A DNA stretch of 64,000 nucleotides, from assembly GCA_951406725.2 (NCBI GenBank), contig OX597814.1, positions 65,348,001-65,412,000 on the forward strand. Reading direction: 5' to 3'. The stretch is from Octopus vulgaris (Eukaryota). Shown here piece after piece: positions 30,606 through 43,619 of the stretch. The notes under the pieces are model-generated. The model searched no databases. It worked only from the letters and a program-made list of their open reading frames with translations, and was not told the origin of the DNA. The number at the start of each line of letters is the position of its first letter. Positions within the stretch are counted from its first letter, which is position 1. Made by a program: the position numbers and the translations under genes.

Positions 30606-31305
30606 AATTGATGGAGTGTCAGTTTGTTGACAAAAAATATAAGCGTAACCTTCACATTGCCATAGACTACATAACAGCAAGATGAATTCAAATTTACAAC
30701 ATTCCAGTGAAGACTACCACGGTGAGACTCCCTAGTAAGTATTACCATTTTTCTTGTAGAAGTATTGTACATACATGGATGTAGACATATATACATGCAT
30801 AGACACAAACTCATACATAAATACATGTGTGTGTGAGTGTGTGTGTGTGTGTATAGAAGACAAAGAGATGACAGCGGAAATAGCAAATACTATGTAGAGG
30901 ACATCATTAGCGATCAGTTGCGTCTGCTAAAAGCAGTGGTGGACTTTTAGTTGAGTACCAAGAAAACATCCTATAGCTTCAACAAAGACTTGAATATGAG
31001 GTGCACATTACTTGTGAAATTTATATTTTTAGAACATGATGGGTCCACCACATCTTATAGTAGAAACATCTGTAAGCTAATGAAGTTCATTACATAACAT
31101 TTGATTTTACTGTGTTTTCTCTTTCCTTTCTATTTTCACCCTATGCTCATACAGAATCGTGTTCTGGGCCACACATATATTGAGTTCTACACCAGGTTAT
31201 CAGTTTCGTTGTACCTAACCAAAATATTAACACACACATACATATACATGTATATGTATATATATATACACACATACATATATATATATATGTATATACA
31301 CTTAT

Positions 31306-31344
<39 letters not shown>

Positions 31345-31355
31345 CACACACACTT

Positions 31356-31428
<73 letters not shown>

Positions 31429-32199
31429 AGTTCACCAAAATTTTAGATTCAAATGAATATGATACTTAATTTAGATGCACCAGAATTTTGTATGGTGTTA
31501 TCCATAAAAATCCGTGGGGTGATTATAATCAAAATAAGCAACAAGAATGACTCTGGTATTTGGTACAATCGTTTCGTACTACATCATTTTATTAAATGTT
31601 GTAAGTATTACAACAGATTTAAGATGCTGAGTACTCATCAGCCAATTATAGAGGTTTTCCATTGATACAAAAGTTTTCGACAGAAAGGATTGAGAGGAAA
31701 AAGACATTTTCAAGATACAAAAGTTTTCGTTTCGTGTATGATACAAAAGTTTTCGTGAGTAATCGGATGGACCTGTATGTGCGTTTGGGAGTGTGTGCAT
31801 GTGTATAAATAACCTAGTGCGTGCGTTTTGCGGAGCGATGCGCGTTTCGTGTATTTGTGTGTGAGTGGTGTTTGTGTATGAACCTGTGCATATGTGTGAG
31901 GGGCTATGCACAGCGTGTGTGTGAGGTTATCGTGTGTGTATGTGTGTGTCTGTCTATCTGTGTGGGTGTGTCTGTATGGGCGTGTCTGTGTGGGTGCGTA
32001 TGCAAACGCTTGTGTGTAGTAGTTCATGCCTGATGATTCGAGTGGTGCGTGAACATCATGCTTTTTAAAAATTTATCTGAAATCCACTTTGCATCATCCT
32101 ATTGATATGCACTAATTGATTAGCAGTCTCCCATAATTTCTTTCTGTACCTCATTTGGTCTTCTGAGGAATCTTTCCCCTTCTTCGGAAAAATAAAACA

Positions 32200-32250
<51 letters not shown>

Positions 32251-32379
32251 CTTTTGGTCGATCTCTTTTGGTCGGCCAGATGTTATAGTAGAGGACCTTT
32301 GCCCAAGGTGCCACGCAATGGGACTGAACCTGGAACTATCTTGTTAGTAAGAAACTTACTTACCACACAATCGTTCCTA

Positions 32380-32391
32380 TATATACATATT

Positions 32392-32451
<60 letters not shown>

Positions 32452-32621
32452 CTGTGTGCGTGTGTGTGTATATGTGTGTGTGCGCGCGTTGTATGTGTGT
32501 GTGTGTGTGCACGTGTGTATATATGTGTGTGTGTGTGTGCACTGTGTGCGGGTGTGTGTGTATGTGTGTGTGTGTGTGTGTGTGAGCATTGTGTACGTGT
32601 GTATGTATTTACATATGTATC

Positions 32622-32671
<50 letters not shown>

Positions 32672-33507
32672 TGTGTGTGTATATGCATGGTATGTGTGTA
32701 TATGTTAGTACTTTGTTTGTGTGTGTGGGGGTGGTGAATTTTTTATATATATATATGTGTGTGTATATATGTGTGTGAAAAAATATATGTATGTGCATGT
32801 ATGTATGTATGTATGTGTGTATATATATATAGATATATATGTGTATATATATGTGTGTGTGTGTGTGTGTATGTGTGTGTGTGTGTGTATTTATTTGCAT
32901 GTTTATGTGTGTATAAACATGTACATTATTTGCATGCGCATTGTGTATATGTATATTGTATGTATGTGTATTGTATATGTACGTGTACAATTAAGTGTAT
33001 ATATTTGTGTGTATGTGTGCACTGTATATATGTATATTGTAGGTGTGCTATATGTGCATGAATACATGTATATGCATTGCGTGTATATATATATGTATGC
33101 ATTGTGTGTGTATGTATGTTATGTGTGTGTGTGTGTATATATATATTATATGTATGCGTACGTGTATGTGTATGCATTGTATGTATGTGTGTTGTGTGTA
33201 TATGTGGTACATCTATGTATGTGTATATATATGTAGGTGATGTATGTGTGTGAGTGTTGTGTGTGTGTGTGTGTGTGTGTGTGCACGTTGTGTGTGTGTG
33301 CGCGGGTATATATATATATGTGTGTGTGTGTGTGTGCACTGTGTGCGTGTGTGTGTATATGTGTGTGTGCGCGCGCGTTGTGTGTGTGTGTGTGCACGTG
33401 TGTATATATGTGGGTGCGTTGTGTGTGGGTGTGTGTGTTCTGTGTGTGTGTGTGTTGTTTGTATGTGGTGTGTGTTTGTATACTATGTGTGTGTGTGTGT
33501 GTGTTGT

Positions 33508-33539
<32 letters not shown>

Positions 33540-33545
33540 TGTGTG
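32380..33545. repeat. Degenerate (GT)/(AT) low-complexity tract
   Basis: Alternating purine-pyrimidine sequence with internal duplications. A similar (CA) tract lies at 1-760. Confidence 0.9.
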
Positions 33546-33940
33546 ACAAACAGACGCTATCTGACCAGCAGGCACGGACACATCTATTCACACCCGCATA
33601 CTAACCTCCTGATAACCCCAAAATCATTCATGCATAAAGGGGAAGTATACACCACATTGGCTACTTCTTCTTTTCTCTCAGTTCAGCCTTTCTGCTAATA
33701 CCAACAGGTCAGTAAAAATATATTCTCGCCTTGAACTTAAAATATTCTGAGATGTATAAAAAATCCATTTTAATTTTTGCTGTCAAAAGGCTGTATATAT
33801 ATACCAAAGACTGTATATATATACATGTAATGCAACCAATTCCCAATAATATATTTGTTTTATCCTTTTCTGCAAATTTTCCCAAATATTCTCATCACAC
33901 TATTGAACTTCTCTGTTACCAAACACTATATTTATACATG

Positions 33941-34084
33941 TAATGTGACAATTATGTATAAAAAAACATTTTTGAATTCATAATATCCAATGTGACAATT
34001 ATGTAAAAAACTTTTTTGAATGCATAATATTCAATGTGACAATTATGTAAAAAAATTTTTTTGAACCCATATTATTCAATGTTT
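33941..34084 (+). repeat. Three copies of an about 45-bp minisatellite
   Basis: aatgtgacaattatgta...ttttgaa.cata.tattc repeated three times immediately upstream of the 34095 HHR. Confidence 0.85.
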
Positions 34085-34094
34085 CCTTAAATGT

Positions 34095-34137
34095 TACTTT
34101 TGACAATCTTTTACCAAAGAGTGAAACCGGTTAAGTA
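34095..34137 (+). ncRNA. Minimal HHR, U3-A8 variant, at a PLE-like 3' end
   Basis: tactt TTGACAA tcttt-tacc-aaaga gt GAAAC cg GTT aagta, then AATAAA. A related decayed copy lies at about 15420-15490. Confidence 0.6.
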
Positions 34138-34175
34138 AATAAACATCGTTTAAATTGCATTTTCAAACCTTTTTT

Positions 34176-34228
<53 letters not shown>

Positions 34229-34317
34229 GTAGGTCCCGGGTTGATTCGGGGTTAACCACAGTAAATAAGGTACTCAATACATAGCAGAGTAAAATTAATT
34301 TATTATATAGAAGGAGA

Positions 34318-34362
34318 TTCTACAGGACTAGAACTGTTTCATTCAAGAGAAATCTTCAGGAA
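34318..34362 (-). ncRNA. Type I hammerhead ribozyme-like motif in the inverted PLE terminus
   Basis: Minus strand reads ttc CTGAAGA t ttc-tctt-gaa t GAAACAG-ttctagtc-CTGTA gaa, followed by AATAAA. Confidence 0.65.
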
Positions 34363-34382
34363 GCTAGTTAACAAGAATTGTA

Positions 34383-36365
34383 TTGGCATTTATCATAAAT
34401 GCCAATACAATTCTCAACAAAAGAGAATGGAACGACCTCATCAAACTAAGAGAAGACAAAACAATAACAATTAAGGAGGCAGATAAGGGCAACGCGATAG
34501 TAATAATGAATACAAACAATTATAAAAATTTAGTGCTATCCCTATTAAGAGATGAAACGTATTATGAAAGGGCCCAACAGTATAACCAGCAAAAAATAAT
34601 GCAAAACCTTAGGACATTAATCAACACATACCAAGAAGGACTCACGAACAAGGAGTATGAATACATCACTAACTTCAAATGCAAATCGAGTTTGTTCTAT
34701 GGTATCCCTAAGGTACACAAAAGCCAAACCATTAGAGAAACGTGCAAAACATCCACCGACACACTCATCAAAATCCCTTCACCAAATGATCTTAAACTAA
34801 GACCGATAATAGCAGGGCCAGCATGTGAAACTCACCGCCTCAGCAATTTCTTAGACACACTTCTTAAACCTTTCCTAAAACACATCAAAAGCTACGTAAG
34901 AGACGATATAGATATGCTCAACCACCTCCCTAAAACAGTCAATGAGAAAACCCTTCTAGTATCATTCGACGTAGTTAATCTTTATTCTAACATCCCTCAC
35001 AACCTAGGAATAGAAGCAATCACCTTCTGGCTGAATAACTACCCCTTTGAACTCCCAACTCGCATAAACAAAGACCTTATAATAGAAGGACTTAGATTCA
35101 TTTTAGAGAACAATTATTTTATTTTTGACAATGATTTCTACAGGCAAAGATCGGGAACAGCGATGGGCACGCGTACTGCACCATCTTTCGCCAACCTAGT
35201 GATGGGATACCTCGAGAAAATACTATACCGGATGACACTCGAGAAATATGGCAACACCTTCGCCACCTATATCCATAACAACTGGAAAAGATACCTCGAT
35301 GACTGTTTCATCATCTGGGACAAAGGCATAGAGAAACTTGAGGAATTTAAAATTCTATTAAATGGAATAAAGGACAATATACAATTCACGATGGACCACA
35401 ACGAAAAAGAATTACCATTTTTAGACATCCTCATTAAGATAACCGGCAACAAAATAGAGACAGATATCTACTATAAACCGACAGACTCTAAACAGTACCT
35501 ACCCTTTGATTCATGCCACCCACGACACACTAGAATGAATGTCCCTTTTTGTTTAGCTAGAAGGATTTGCACCATAATATCAGACACAAACACCCGACAC
35601 ACACGTCTCCAGGAACTTAGAACCACACTCACAAATAGAAACTATCCACAGCCCCTAATAGACAGTGCAATCCAACGGGTACTTAAATTAAGTATAGAAG
35701 ACCTGAGACAAACAAAACCAAAAAAGAAAGAACAATTAAAAACCCTTCCCTACATCTCTACACACAACCCACTCAACAATGAGGCCTTCAACACCATACT
35801 ACAAAGCACAGCCCTACTAAAGGGAGACCCAAAGATGAACCGGATCCTCGAAACACACACGATCATTAAAAGTAAACGGCAACCAAAATCCTTGAAAAGG
35901 ATTTTAACCCAAGCTACACTGCACTCAACATCAACCACAAAACCAGCAGTTAGAAAATGTGGAAGGCCCAACTGCGGAATCTGTGTCATCTTGAAAGAAG
36001 GATCAGAATTTATACTGGAACAAGGCCACCAGTTCACCATTAGAACAAACTTCACCTGCGCATCAGAAAACTTAATTTACGTCATAACATGCGCAGGCTG
36101 CAATAGGCAGTATATAGGCCATACAAAAAATAGCTTACGTAACAGGATGGCGGTGCATAAATCACAAATTAGAAACCCTGATTACCGCAAAATACCGGTC
36201 AGCGGACACATAGATAGATGTGCTGGAAATGTAAATCCGAAATTTACAACTAACCCGCTCTATAAATTCAGTGACAACGCAACCTTCACACAACGCCAAA
36301 ATAAAGAACTATATTTCATAAAAAAATTTAGACCAAGTTTAAACACCCTGGGCCAGGAATACTAA
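34383..36365 (+). CDS. Penelope-like element ORF: reverse transcriptase + GIY-YIG endonuclease (5'-truncated, no internal stops)
   Basis: 660-aa frame with PLE motifs IKEADKG, FYGIPKVHK, LRPII, LVSFDVVNLYSNIP, GTAMG, RYLDD, LPFLD, YYKPT and HP. The C-terminus has CGRPNCGIC and IYVITCAGCNRQYIGHT (GIY-YIG). The listed start is a TTG inside a palindromic junction, so the true N-terminus is missing. Confidence 0.95.
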   Translation: MAFIINANTILNKREWNDLIKLREDKTITIKEADKGNAIVIMNTNNYKNLVLSLLRDETYYERAQQYNQQKIMQNLRTLINTYQEGLTNKEYEYITNFKCKSSLFYGIPKVHKSQTIRETCKTSTDTLIKIPSPNDLKLRPIIAGPACETHRLSNFLDTLLKPFLKHIKSYVRDDIDMLNHLPKTVNEKTLLVSFDVVNLYSNIPHNLGIEAITFWLNNYPFELPTRINKDLIIEGLRFILENNYFIFDNDFYRQRSGTAMGTRTAPSFANLVMGYLEKILYRMTLEKYGNTFATYIHNNWKRYLDDCFIIWDKGIEKLEEFKILLNGIKDNIQFTMDHNEKELPFLDILIKITGNKIETDIYYKPTDSKQYLPFDSCHPRHTRMNVPFCLARRICTIISDTNTRHTRLQELRTTLTNRNYPQPLIDSAIQRVLKLSIEDLRQTKPKKKEQLKTLPYISTHNPLNNEAFNTILQSTALLKGDPKMNRILETHTIIKSKRQPKSLKRILTQATLHSTSTTKPAVRKCGRPNCGICVILKEGSEFILEQGHQFTIRTNFTCASENLIYVITCAGCNRQYIGHTKNSLRNRMAVHKSQIRNPDYRKIPVSGHIDRCAGNVNPKFTTNPLYKFSDNATFTQRQNKELYFIKKFRPSLNTLGQEY

Positions 36366-36529
36366 AACAAAAGATAAGTCCTCCGAAAAGGAGAACCAAA
36401 TTTCACCACGGCCGCTACTTCAAACAGACACTCACTCTGACGGAAATATGCCTTAGTAAAAAAAGGGAAAAAATTCTTTCGTGCAAATCTGACCCTGATA
36501 CATACGATACAGCTATGGGTCAGACCCGA

Positions 36530-36980
36530 TTCTGATTGGTCAACAAGTTGATGACGTCTAGCTCTGCTAGAATGGACAGGATACAAACAGGGGACAGTCA
36601 TTAGTCAGAATATTGATGACGTCCTTTTCTGCTTGAATAGTCACCTAACAAGTACAGACAGGGGACAGATCTAATGTAGCTATAAGTCGTGATTGGGCAG
36701 AATCTGAATGACATCCCGCTATGCTTGACTAACGAAGCGACTGGTCAAGACAGGAAACAAACAAGAGGGAGTTATAATGCACCGATTGGTCAAAATAATG
36801 ATGACGTCCCGTTCCACTTGATTAAAGCCAACTAACGAAACGATTGGTCAAAACATTGATGACGTCACGCTACGCTAGATTGACCACCTAACAGGCATTA
36901 TAAAACCAAGCATTTCACAAAAAATCACTAGAACCACCCAGCGAACTTCCACCATGGGTCATCACAATTGCTTAAGGTAA
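36530..36980 (+). promoter_or_regulatory. Putative PLE pLTR promoter: five ATTGG/TGACGTC modules, TATA box, ATG and splice donor
   Basis: ATTGG (one ATTAG) at 36535, 36600, 36692, 36785 and 36843, each with TGAC(G/A)TC starting 17 nt downstream. TATAAAA at 36899, accATGg at 36954, AAG|GTAAAA at 36976/36977. Confidence 0.6.
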
Positions 36981-37413
36981 AAATGAATTCCTCGCTCTTT
37001 CGGAAACATCAATCTTCTGTATTGACCGCTTTCCACCACTTTGATCTGTTTTTTGTATTGAATACGTATCGCCACCGTGGGCCACTGCATCGAACACTTT
37101 GAAATATACTTCAAACTATATATCAACTATACATGAACTATATATCAACTATACATGAACTCTAAGATGTCTGACTCCGTTGTGTATTATAAATGAATTT
37201 CTTGTGTTTGACGGCATGAGCTGTCTCTTTTTATATATAACTTTTTTTGATAAGGTTCATTTCAGGAACTGAAACATGTTATAATGTATATATAAAAATT
37301 AAAAATTGTATAATACAGCAGCATTTTCGAACTTCATTTTTTACAAATATATATATATATGAAAAAACAAGTAAAAAATAGAAAATGCTAAAATAATTTT
37401 ATAGTGAACATTT

Positions 37414-37451
37414 CAGTACCGGTTTCGGTCATTTTGAGACCTTTTCAACTG
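37414..37451 (-). ncRNA. Minimal HHR, U3-A8 variant
   Basis: Minus strand reads cag TTGAAAA ggtc-tcaaaat-gacc GAAAC cg GTA ctg. Confidence 0.68.
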
Positions 37452-38030
37452 TAACGATTAAATAATTAAATTTAGAAAAATTAGAAGAAAAGTTTTTTTA
37501 AAAGAATATTTCTATAGTAGTGTTCAGATTTAAGTGGCATTCTGCCTTTCTCTGACTCCCTTGTTTGCACTTGTGTGTTCGAGGTAGTTGTGAGTTCTTG
37601 GTAGGGTAGTAGAGGGAAGGCTGGTGAGGAAAGGGGGTGGGAGAATTTGGGAGTGCCCTGATGGTCGTATTTTGAATGGTCAGTGGCGGCTGGCAGTCTC
37701 AGTTCAATTCAGGAGAATAGTTATATTGACAGGCTTGTTTATAGAATTAGCGTAGGTGTTATACTAAAAAACATTAGTGACAAACTTAAGGGGTAGGGGG
37801 TGGAGAAGAAGAAGAAGAAGAAGAAGAAGAAGAAGAAGAAGAAGAAGAAGAAGGAGAAGATGACGATGATGGTGATGGTGGTGATGATTATGACGACGAT
37901 GATGATGATAATGATGATGATGAAGAAGAAGAAGAAGAAGAAGAAGAAGAAGAAGAAGGAGGAGAAGGAGAAGATGGTGGTGATGATGATGACGTCGATG
38001 ATGATGATATATATATATATATGATGATGA

Positions 38031-38067
<37 letters not shown>

Positions 38068-38109
38068 TGTATGTCTGTATCTGAGTGTCTGTATGTGTTT
38101 TTATTGGAT

Positions 38110-38640
38110 GAGGTCATACTGGGTCACCGCCTTTTTGTCTGTTTCAGTTTCTTTCCTGTATTGTTTCTATTTTGTATTTCCTGGACCGATTTCGTGTAAT
38201 CCGGTATATCAAACAGAAATGTGTCCAAATCTTCTTTGAAAACCTTTACACATACACCTCGAAGATCTCAAAGGTTGTTTGCGGAATGTTTAATACTTGT
38301 GGCCCTTAAATACCAAGATATTAGAATACTACGTTCTTACTCTAAATGGAGAAGACAGGGTCTACGGTTCTATGCAGTGTCGTCTATTTCGTTACTTCGT
38401 GTAGTTTGGATTTTCGATGCGTACATCACTGCATATCTTACGCATCTTCTCTCTGAGCGGGCATTCTGAGTTACTTTAGCGTCTCCCAGTACTTCATCTA
38501 TTGTACCCATTGAAGTGAACACGGAATTACGAATCGGAGGAATTACACCGTGAATGATACGCAAGAGAAGTCTTTGGCGTTAAATACTGATCGATGTGGT
38601 TAGCCGTAACCTAGAACATAACTGAGAGCCATCACGGTAT
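38110..38640 (-). pseudogene. CR1/L2-like LINE ORF2 C-terminal remnant
   Basis: A minus frame reads DLRGVCVKVFKEDLDTFLFDIPD, resembling FKxxLDxFLxxxPD C-termini. Confidence 0.55.
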
Positions 38641-39626
38641 CCACCCAGATGATATATCTCTCCAAACTCCAATATACATATTTGTGTGTGAGTGTGTGTG
38701 CGCGTGTGTGTGTGTGTGAGTGTGTGTAGATAGATATAGATATAGAAAGATAGATGGATAAATAAATACACACATACATACTTACATGCATACGTACGTA
38801 CGTACATACATACATACATACATACATACATAAGAATGATGCAAATATAACTATATGGAACAACACATTTTGAGTACATTTGCTCCTTTATAAAAATACA
38901 AAGAAGCACATACACATAACACACACACAAATAAATAATATACATTTACACACTTGTGTGTGTGTGTGAGTATGTGTGTGTTGTGCGTATATGTGTATAT
39001 ATGTCTATAGGTTAATATATATAAAACATACATCGTTTGCATACTTTCACAATCCTTATCTCCACTTTAGTTTTGTAATGTGATATATATTAGCTCCTGA
39101 TGAGTTCCATGTATTTCATTTTGTAGTGGCATCCGGTCACATCTCTAAGTGTCAACAACTCCGAACCTTTCTCAGCCTATTAATTTCGTTTTTGCTTTTG
39201 TTCTGGAAACCATTAAACGATCCATTTCCTGCATTCTTATGAAAGAAATATTTATATAATTCTTCATTGATCAATATCACATCTGTAATGGTATCTCCTA
39301 CCGAAAACAACTGGTGAAATTTAGCATTAGCTTTTCACAGACACACGCAGGCAGACCTCGTATACAGCATACACACACATTGTTTTTTTTTTATATTAAA
39401 ATTCAAAGTTATTAGCGTACACAATGCATTGTTGCGTTTGAATCGTTTCAGCATTTCTTCGCCATGAATAACTTAAAAGGATCAGTTTCGTACATTTTAT
39501 ATTATTGACAAGATATCGTGAATACTATATGATAGAATAAAAGCGTGTGAGTAATATGAGTGGAATTTGATAGACAGAGACTTTGAAGTATCTTATGAGA
39601 TTGGTGTTTATGTATATATATATATA

Positions 39627-40846
39627 TACAGACATGACAGAAGCAAATAGACTCCCTTATAATCATTAAAATTTATATAAATCTGAAATTATATATTCAA
39701 ATTATTTATTAATTGTTATAATGTGAATATTTAATATTTAGTAGACATGCCCTGTGTATTTTTCAATGCATGGACCCTATTAGGCATGTTACTGATCAGA
39801 TGACAAGTATTCTCTTGCGGAATTTCTTGCTAAGCTTCATGCAATAATCTCAAAAGGTCTGGACTTGAAGAAGCTTTCTTTTTCTTTTTATGAAGTGTCC
39901 TGTCCATTATGTCCCAGAGGTGTTCAATAAGGTTCATATCTGATGAGTGACTTGGGCATGGAAGATTTTTAATACCATTCTCATCCAACAAATCTTGGGT
40001 CATTTTAGTCGTCCTCCATAAATAAAGAGTCATCTCTAATAATTTCACTACTGGAGATTAGAAAGAGTCCTTTCTGCAATATGAACACATTTGTCTGAGT
40101 TTATATTTCCCTCACACTTCACCAGCTCTGCTCACCCACCACTCCAAATTGCTCCTCAGACAATGACAGAATAGCTGTTGTGCTTCATTGTTGGCTGCAA
40201 ACTTTCCATATCAAATTATTGATCACAGTCTCCAGACCCACACTCGAATTCTATCATGGAATACAGCAAATCTGGACACATCAGAAAATATGACAATGTC
40301 TCAAAATGGTATTTGGCCTCTCCACCATTTCACTGGCCCATTCATTTCTCCGCTTGATATTGGTTGGTCGAAGAAGCGGCTTCCTTCTTTCTGCTCTAAT
40401 TATGTTTGTGAAGATACTTGACAGATGTTTAGGGACTTACATCAACTTGTTCTTCTATGTAAGAGGCCCTACAACGAGGATTATCCTCCACACTTCTCTT
40501 AGCAAAGAGAAGGGTCCTGTCCTAGTTGATCTGGGCGAGGTGATTTGGTCTACTTCCCCTTTCTGGAGAATTGAACAATCACTCTATTAACGGTAGAAGG
40601 CTGGATCACAAGGTTTTCTGAGGTTTTACGCTGACTATATCCACCTTCAGAATGACCCACAATACGGCTTCTTAGAAATTCAGACAGTTCTGGGGCTTCC
40701 TTTGGACATGGCATGATTAAACAGTCACATATAGAACCTAAAATATAAACATGTCAGTTAATAAAAAGTATAGACCTTTACAAGTTAGAATAAACATAAA
40801 ACGATGTTTTATGAGGGGTGTCTTCTGTTTTACTTTTGTCATGTGC

Positions 40847-40849
<3 letters not shown>
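39627..40849 (-). mobile_element. Decayed Tc1/mariner DNA transposon
   Basis: Imperfect TIRs (cagacatgacagaagcaaatag / ..ttttacttttgtcatgtgcg) with TA flanks. Transposase remnants MPCPKEAPELSEFLRSRIVGHSEGG and PSHSSDMNLIEHLWD. Confidence 0.85.
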
Positions 40850-40890
<41 letters not shown>

Positions 40891-40917
40891 GAGCATGTAT
40901 TTATGTATATGAGTATG

Positions 40918-40953
<36 letters not shown>

Positions 40954-40996
40954 CATGTATATATATATAAATGTATGTATATATATGTATGTATGC

Positions 40997-41027
<31 letters not shown>

Positions 41028-41439
41028 ATATATATATATATAAATCCATCAAAGCCACAGAAGAATCACTAAATTAATACAGGCAGGATAGGAAAAAATT
41101 ACTTGAATAAGAATTGTATGTCAGCTCCGCAAAGGTTGCGGGAGGAATGCCAAGTAATCTAATATCTCGATTTTGAATTTAGGGCTGAAGGCACTCGAAT
41201 CTCCTCTGTCAGATCTACTAGTAATAATCATCCTCTTATTCTTTTATTATTTTACTTGTTTCAGCCATTTAACTGCGGCCATGCTGGAGCACCGCCTTTA
41301 GTCGAACAATACGATCCCCGGACTTATTCTTTGTAAGCCTAGTACTTATTCTGTCAGGCACTTTTGCCAAACCGCTATGTAACGCGGACGTAAACACACG
41401 AACATCGGTTGCCAAGCGCTGGTGACGGGGCAAACACAA

Positions 41440-41523
<84 letters not shown>

Positions 41524-41937
41524 ATATATATATATTTAATATTTAGTAGACATGCTATATATATAGCAGTGGGACTGTACCCGGAATCATGTGGTTGGGG
41601 AGCAAGCTTCTTACCAAACAACTACTCTTGCGCCTATAGATATAAATATATTTTATATGTTATATATGTATTTATTAATTTTACCTATACGATTTTACGT
41701 TTGCGGTCACTAATTTTATTTTTATGAATATTCTTATATATATATATATATATATATATAACTACGCAGGTGGTGTTGCCGCTTTCTTTTCCTCTTTGAA
41801 CTCTTCCCTTTCTTCTTTCCGATAAAGAGCAATGCTCGAAATATCAAACTCTCTCGTCTCAGCGTGCATCAAACTAATATATTCCTCGTGCACGTCAACT
41901 TTTCTGTTAATTTTATTCGTTTATTTTGCTCATTTGA

Positions 41938-41975
<38 letters not shown>

Positions 41976-43467
41976 TGGTGAAAAAAAACTTGTAGTGACG
42001 GTTGTAAAGCTAGTCTAGTGTTATTGGTTACCTGCTGTCATTATTTAGTAGAAATGCACCTGCTCCCGGTTTTACATCAGAAATTCCAGAGTTTATATGA
42101 AGTAAATTGAAATGGCGAAAAGACAGAGCGAGGAACAACTTATTTAGAACGTTACCTGAGTTAATGTATTATACATCTGTGATGCAAGACAATTAATTGT
42201 ACATTATCTCACCTATGAGCTACAGGTCGACACAATTTCTGTCCCTGATCTACACACACACACATACGCACACATAGTTATTTCATGTGTGCGTGTGCGT
42301 GTGTTTTTTCAATGTGTGTTTACAGATTTAGACATAAGCTTATAAGTGTGTATGTGCATACGTGTGTGTACGCATCAATGCATGTTTATACATAGTAACT
42401 GATTTGTGCATGCTATACAATGCAGGTTTGTTTTGCACTTCATTTTCACTTTCTATGAAAGTATTTGTCCATGTAGCAGATATGTTGGTATAATATATTA
42501 TATTCTTAGCTTGAACAGTAATTACAGGGCTTCTGATGTTCCTCACATTTCCCTTTTTCGTAAACATCAACGCCTAGGCATTCATCATTTACTGCAATTT
42601 TGTGAAAACGTGAAGTAAGATGGTAATAGAAATTCTATTCGAATATATTTGATTCGCTACTAAAGAATAAAAAATGTCTACACCTTCCACTATCAACTAC
42701 AAGAAAGTAGTTTGTTAATTTGCTAATCTGACCGACAAGACAATTCGTTGGTAAAAATCAATATCTATGATCATTGTTGGATACCAACACATTCCATTAA
42801 TGAAAAAATACTAATATAAGAACGGTTCATAAGGGATTATCCAACCGCTAAAGAATATGCGCCTGTGAAAATGATCATGGTTACATGATTATTTAGCACT
42901 AGGGAAACACAATTAAAACCTGTCGATGTGATCAGTAATACCTGGGGCAATCGAGAGGTGACAGAAATGAAAATCAGTCAAGAAAAATCAACGAGATTGC
43001 AGCTCCGCACGTGGAGAATCAGGTCAACGCTGGATTAAACATATAATTTGGGGAAATAATTTTTACAGATATATTTGTGGAATGTAAGAGAGAGACAAAA
43101 ACAAAGATAGAAAACTATCTCACAATGTTATATAATGCACTCAGTAAATGAAAATTATATATATACAACAGGCTTCTCTCAGTTTCCGGCTACCAAATAA
43201 ACAGCCTTGGTGGGCCCGATACGCGCGCTCGCGCGTGTGTGTTATAGTATAGACTGTTATTTACATTGACACACAACAGATGTTCTGAGTGGCCACATTC
43301 TATGGACTCCATTCCAGTTGACCGGACTTTATTTTATCGTGTCTGAAATAAGAAATATTAAGACTACTTCAGCTGGATATAACTGCAGAAAGTAAAAGGG
43401 TTTACCCTGGCAAACTGCTGCTCTACCGATCAGTCATCCGCCGTCATTCTATAATAATAATAATAAC

Positions 43468-43540
<73 letters not shown>

Positions 43541-43541
43541 G

Positions 43542-43595
<54 letters not shown>

Positions 43596-43619
43596 CGATA
43601 ACAACAACAGCAACAACAA

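Larger units (their letters stand above)
34229..37000 (+). mobile_element. Penelope-like retroelement with an inverted terminal segment at the left end and a pLTR-like region after the ORF
   Basis: The ORF is preceded by a 20-bp-arm palindrome and a minus-strand HHR/AATAAA segment, and followed by a CCAAT/CRE/TATA region. The right boundary is uncertain. Confidence 0.75.

Noticed and set aside
33941-34084. CRISPR-like repeat-spacer pattern
   Set aside because: The spacers are themselves similar, the context is eukaryotic and there are no cas genes. It is a minisatellite.
39095-39140. CTGATGA as a hammerhead core
   Set aside because: No GAAA or convincing stems follow.
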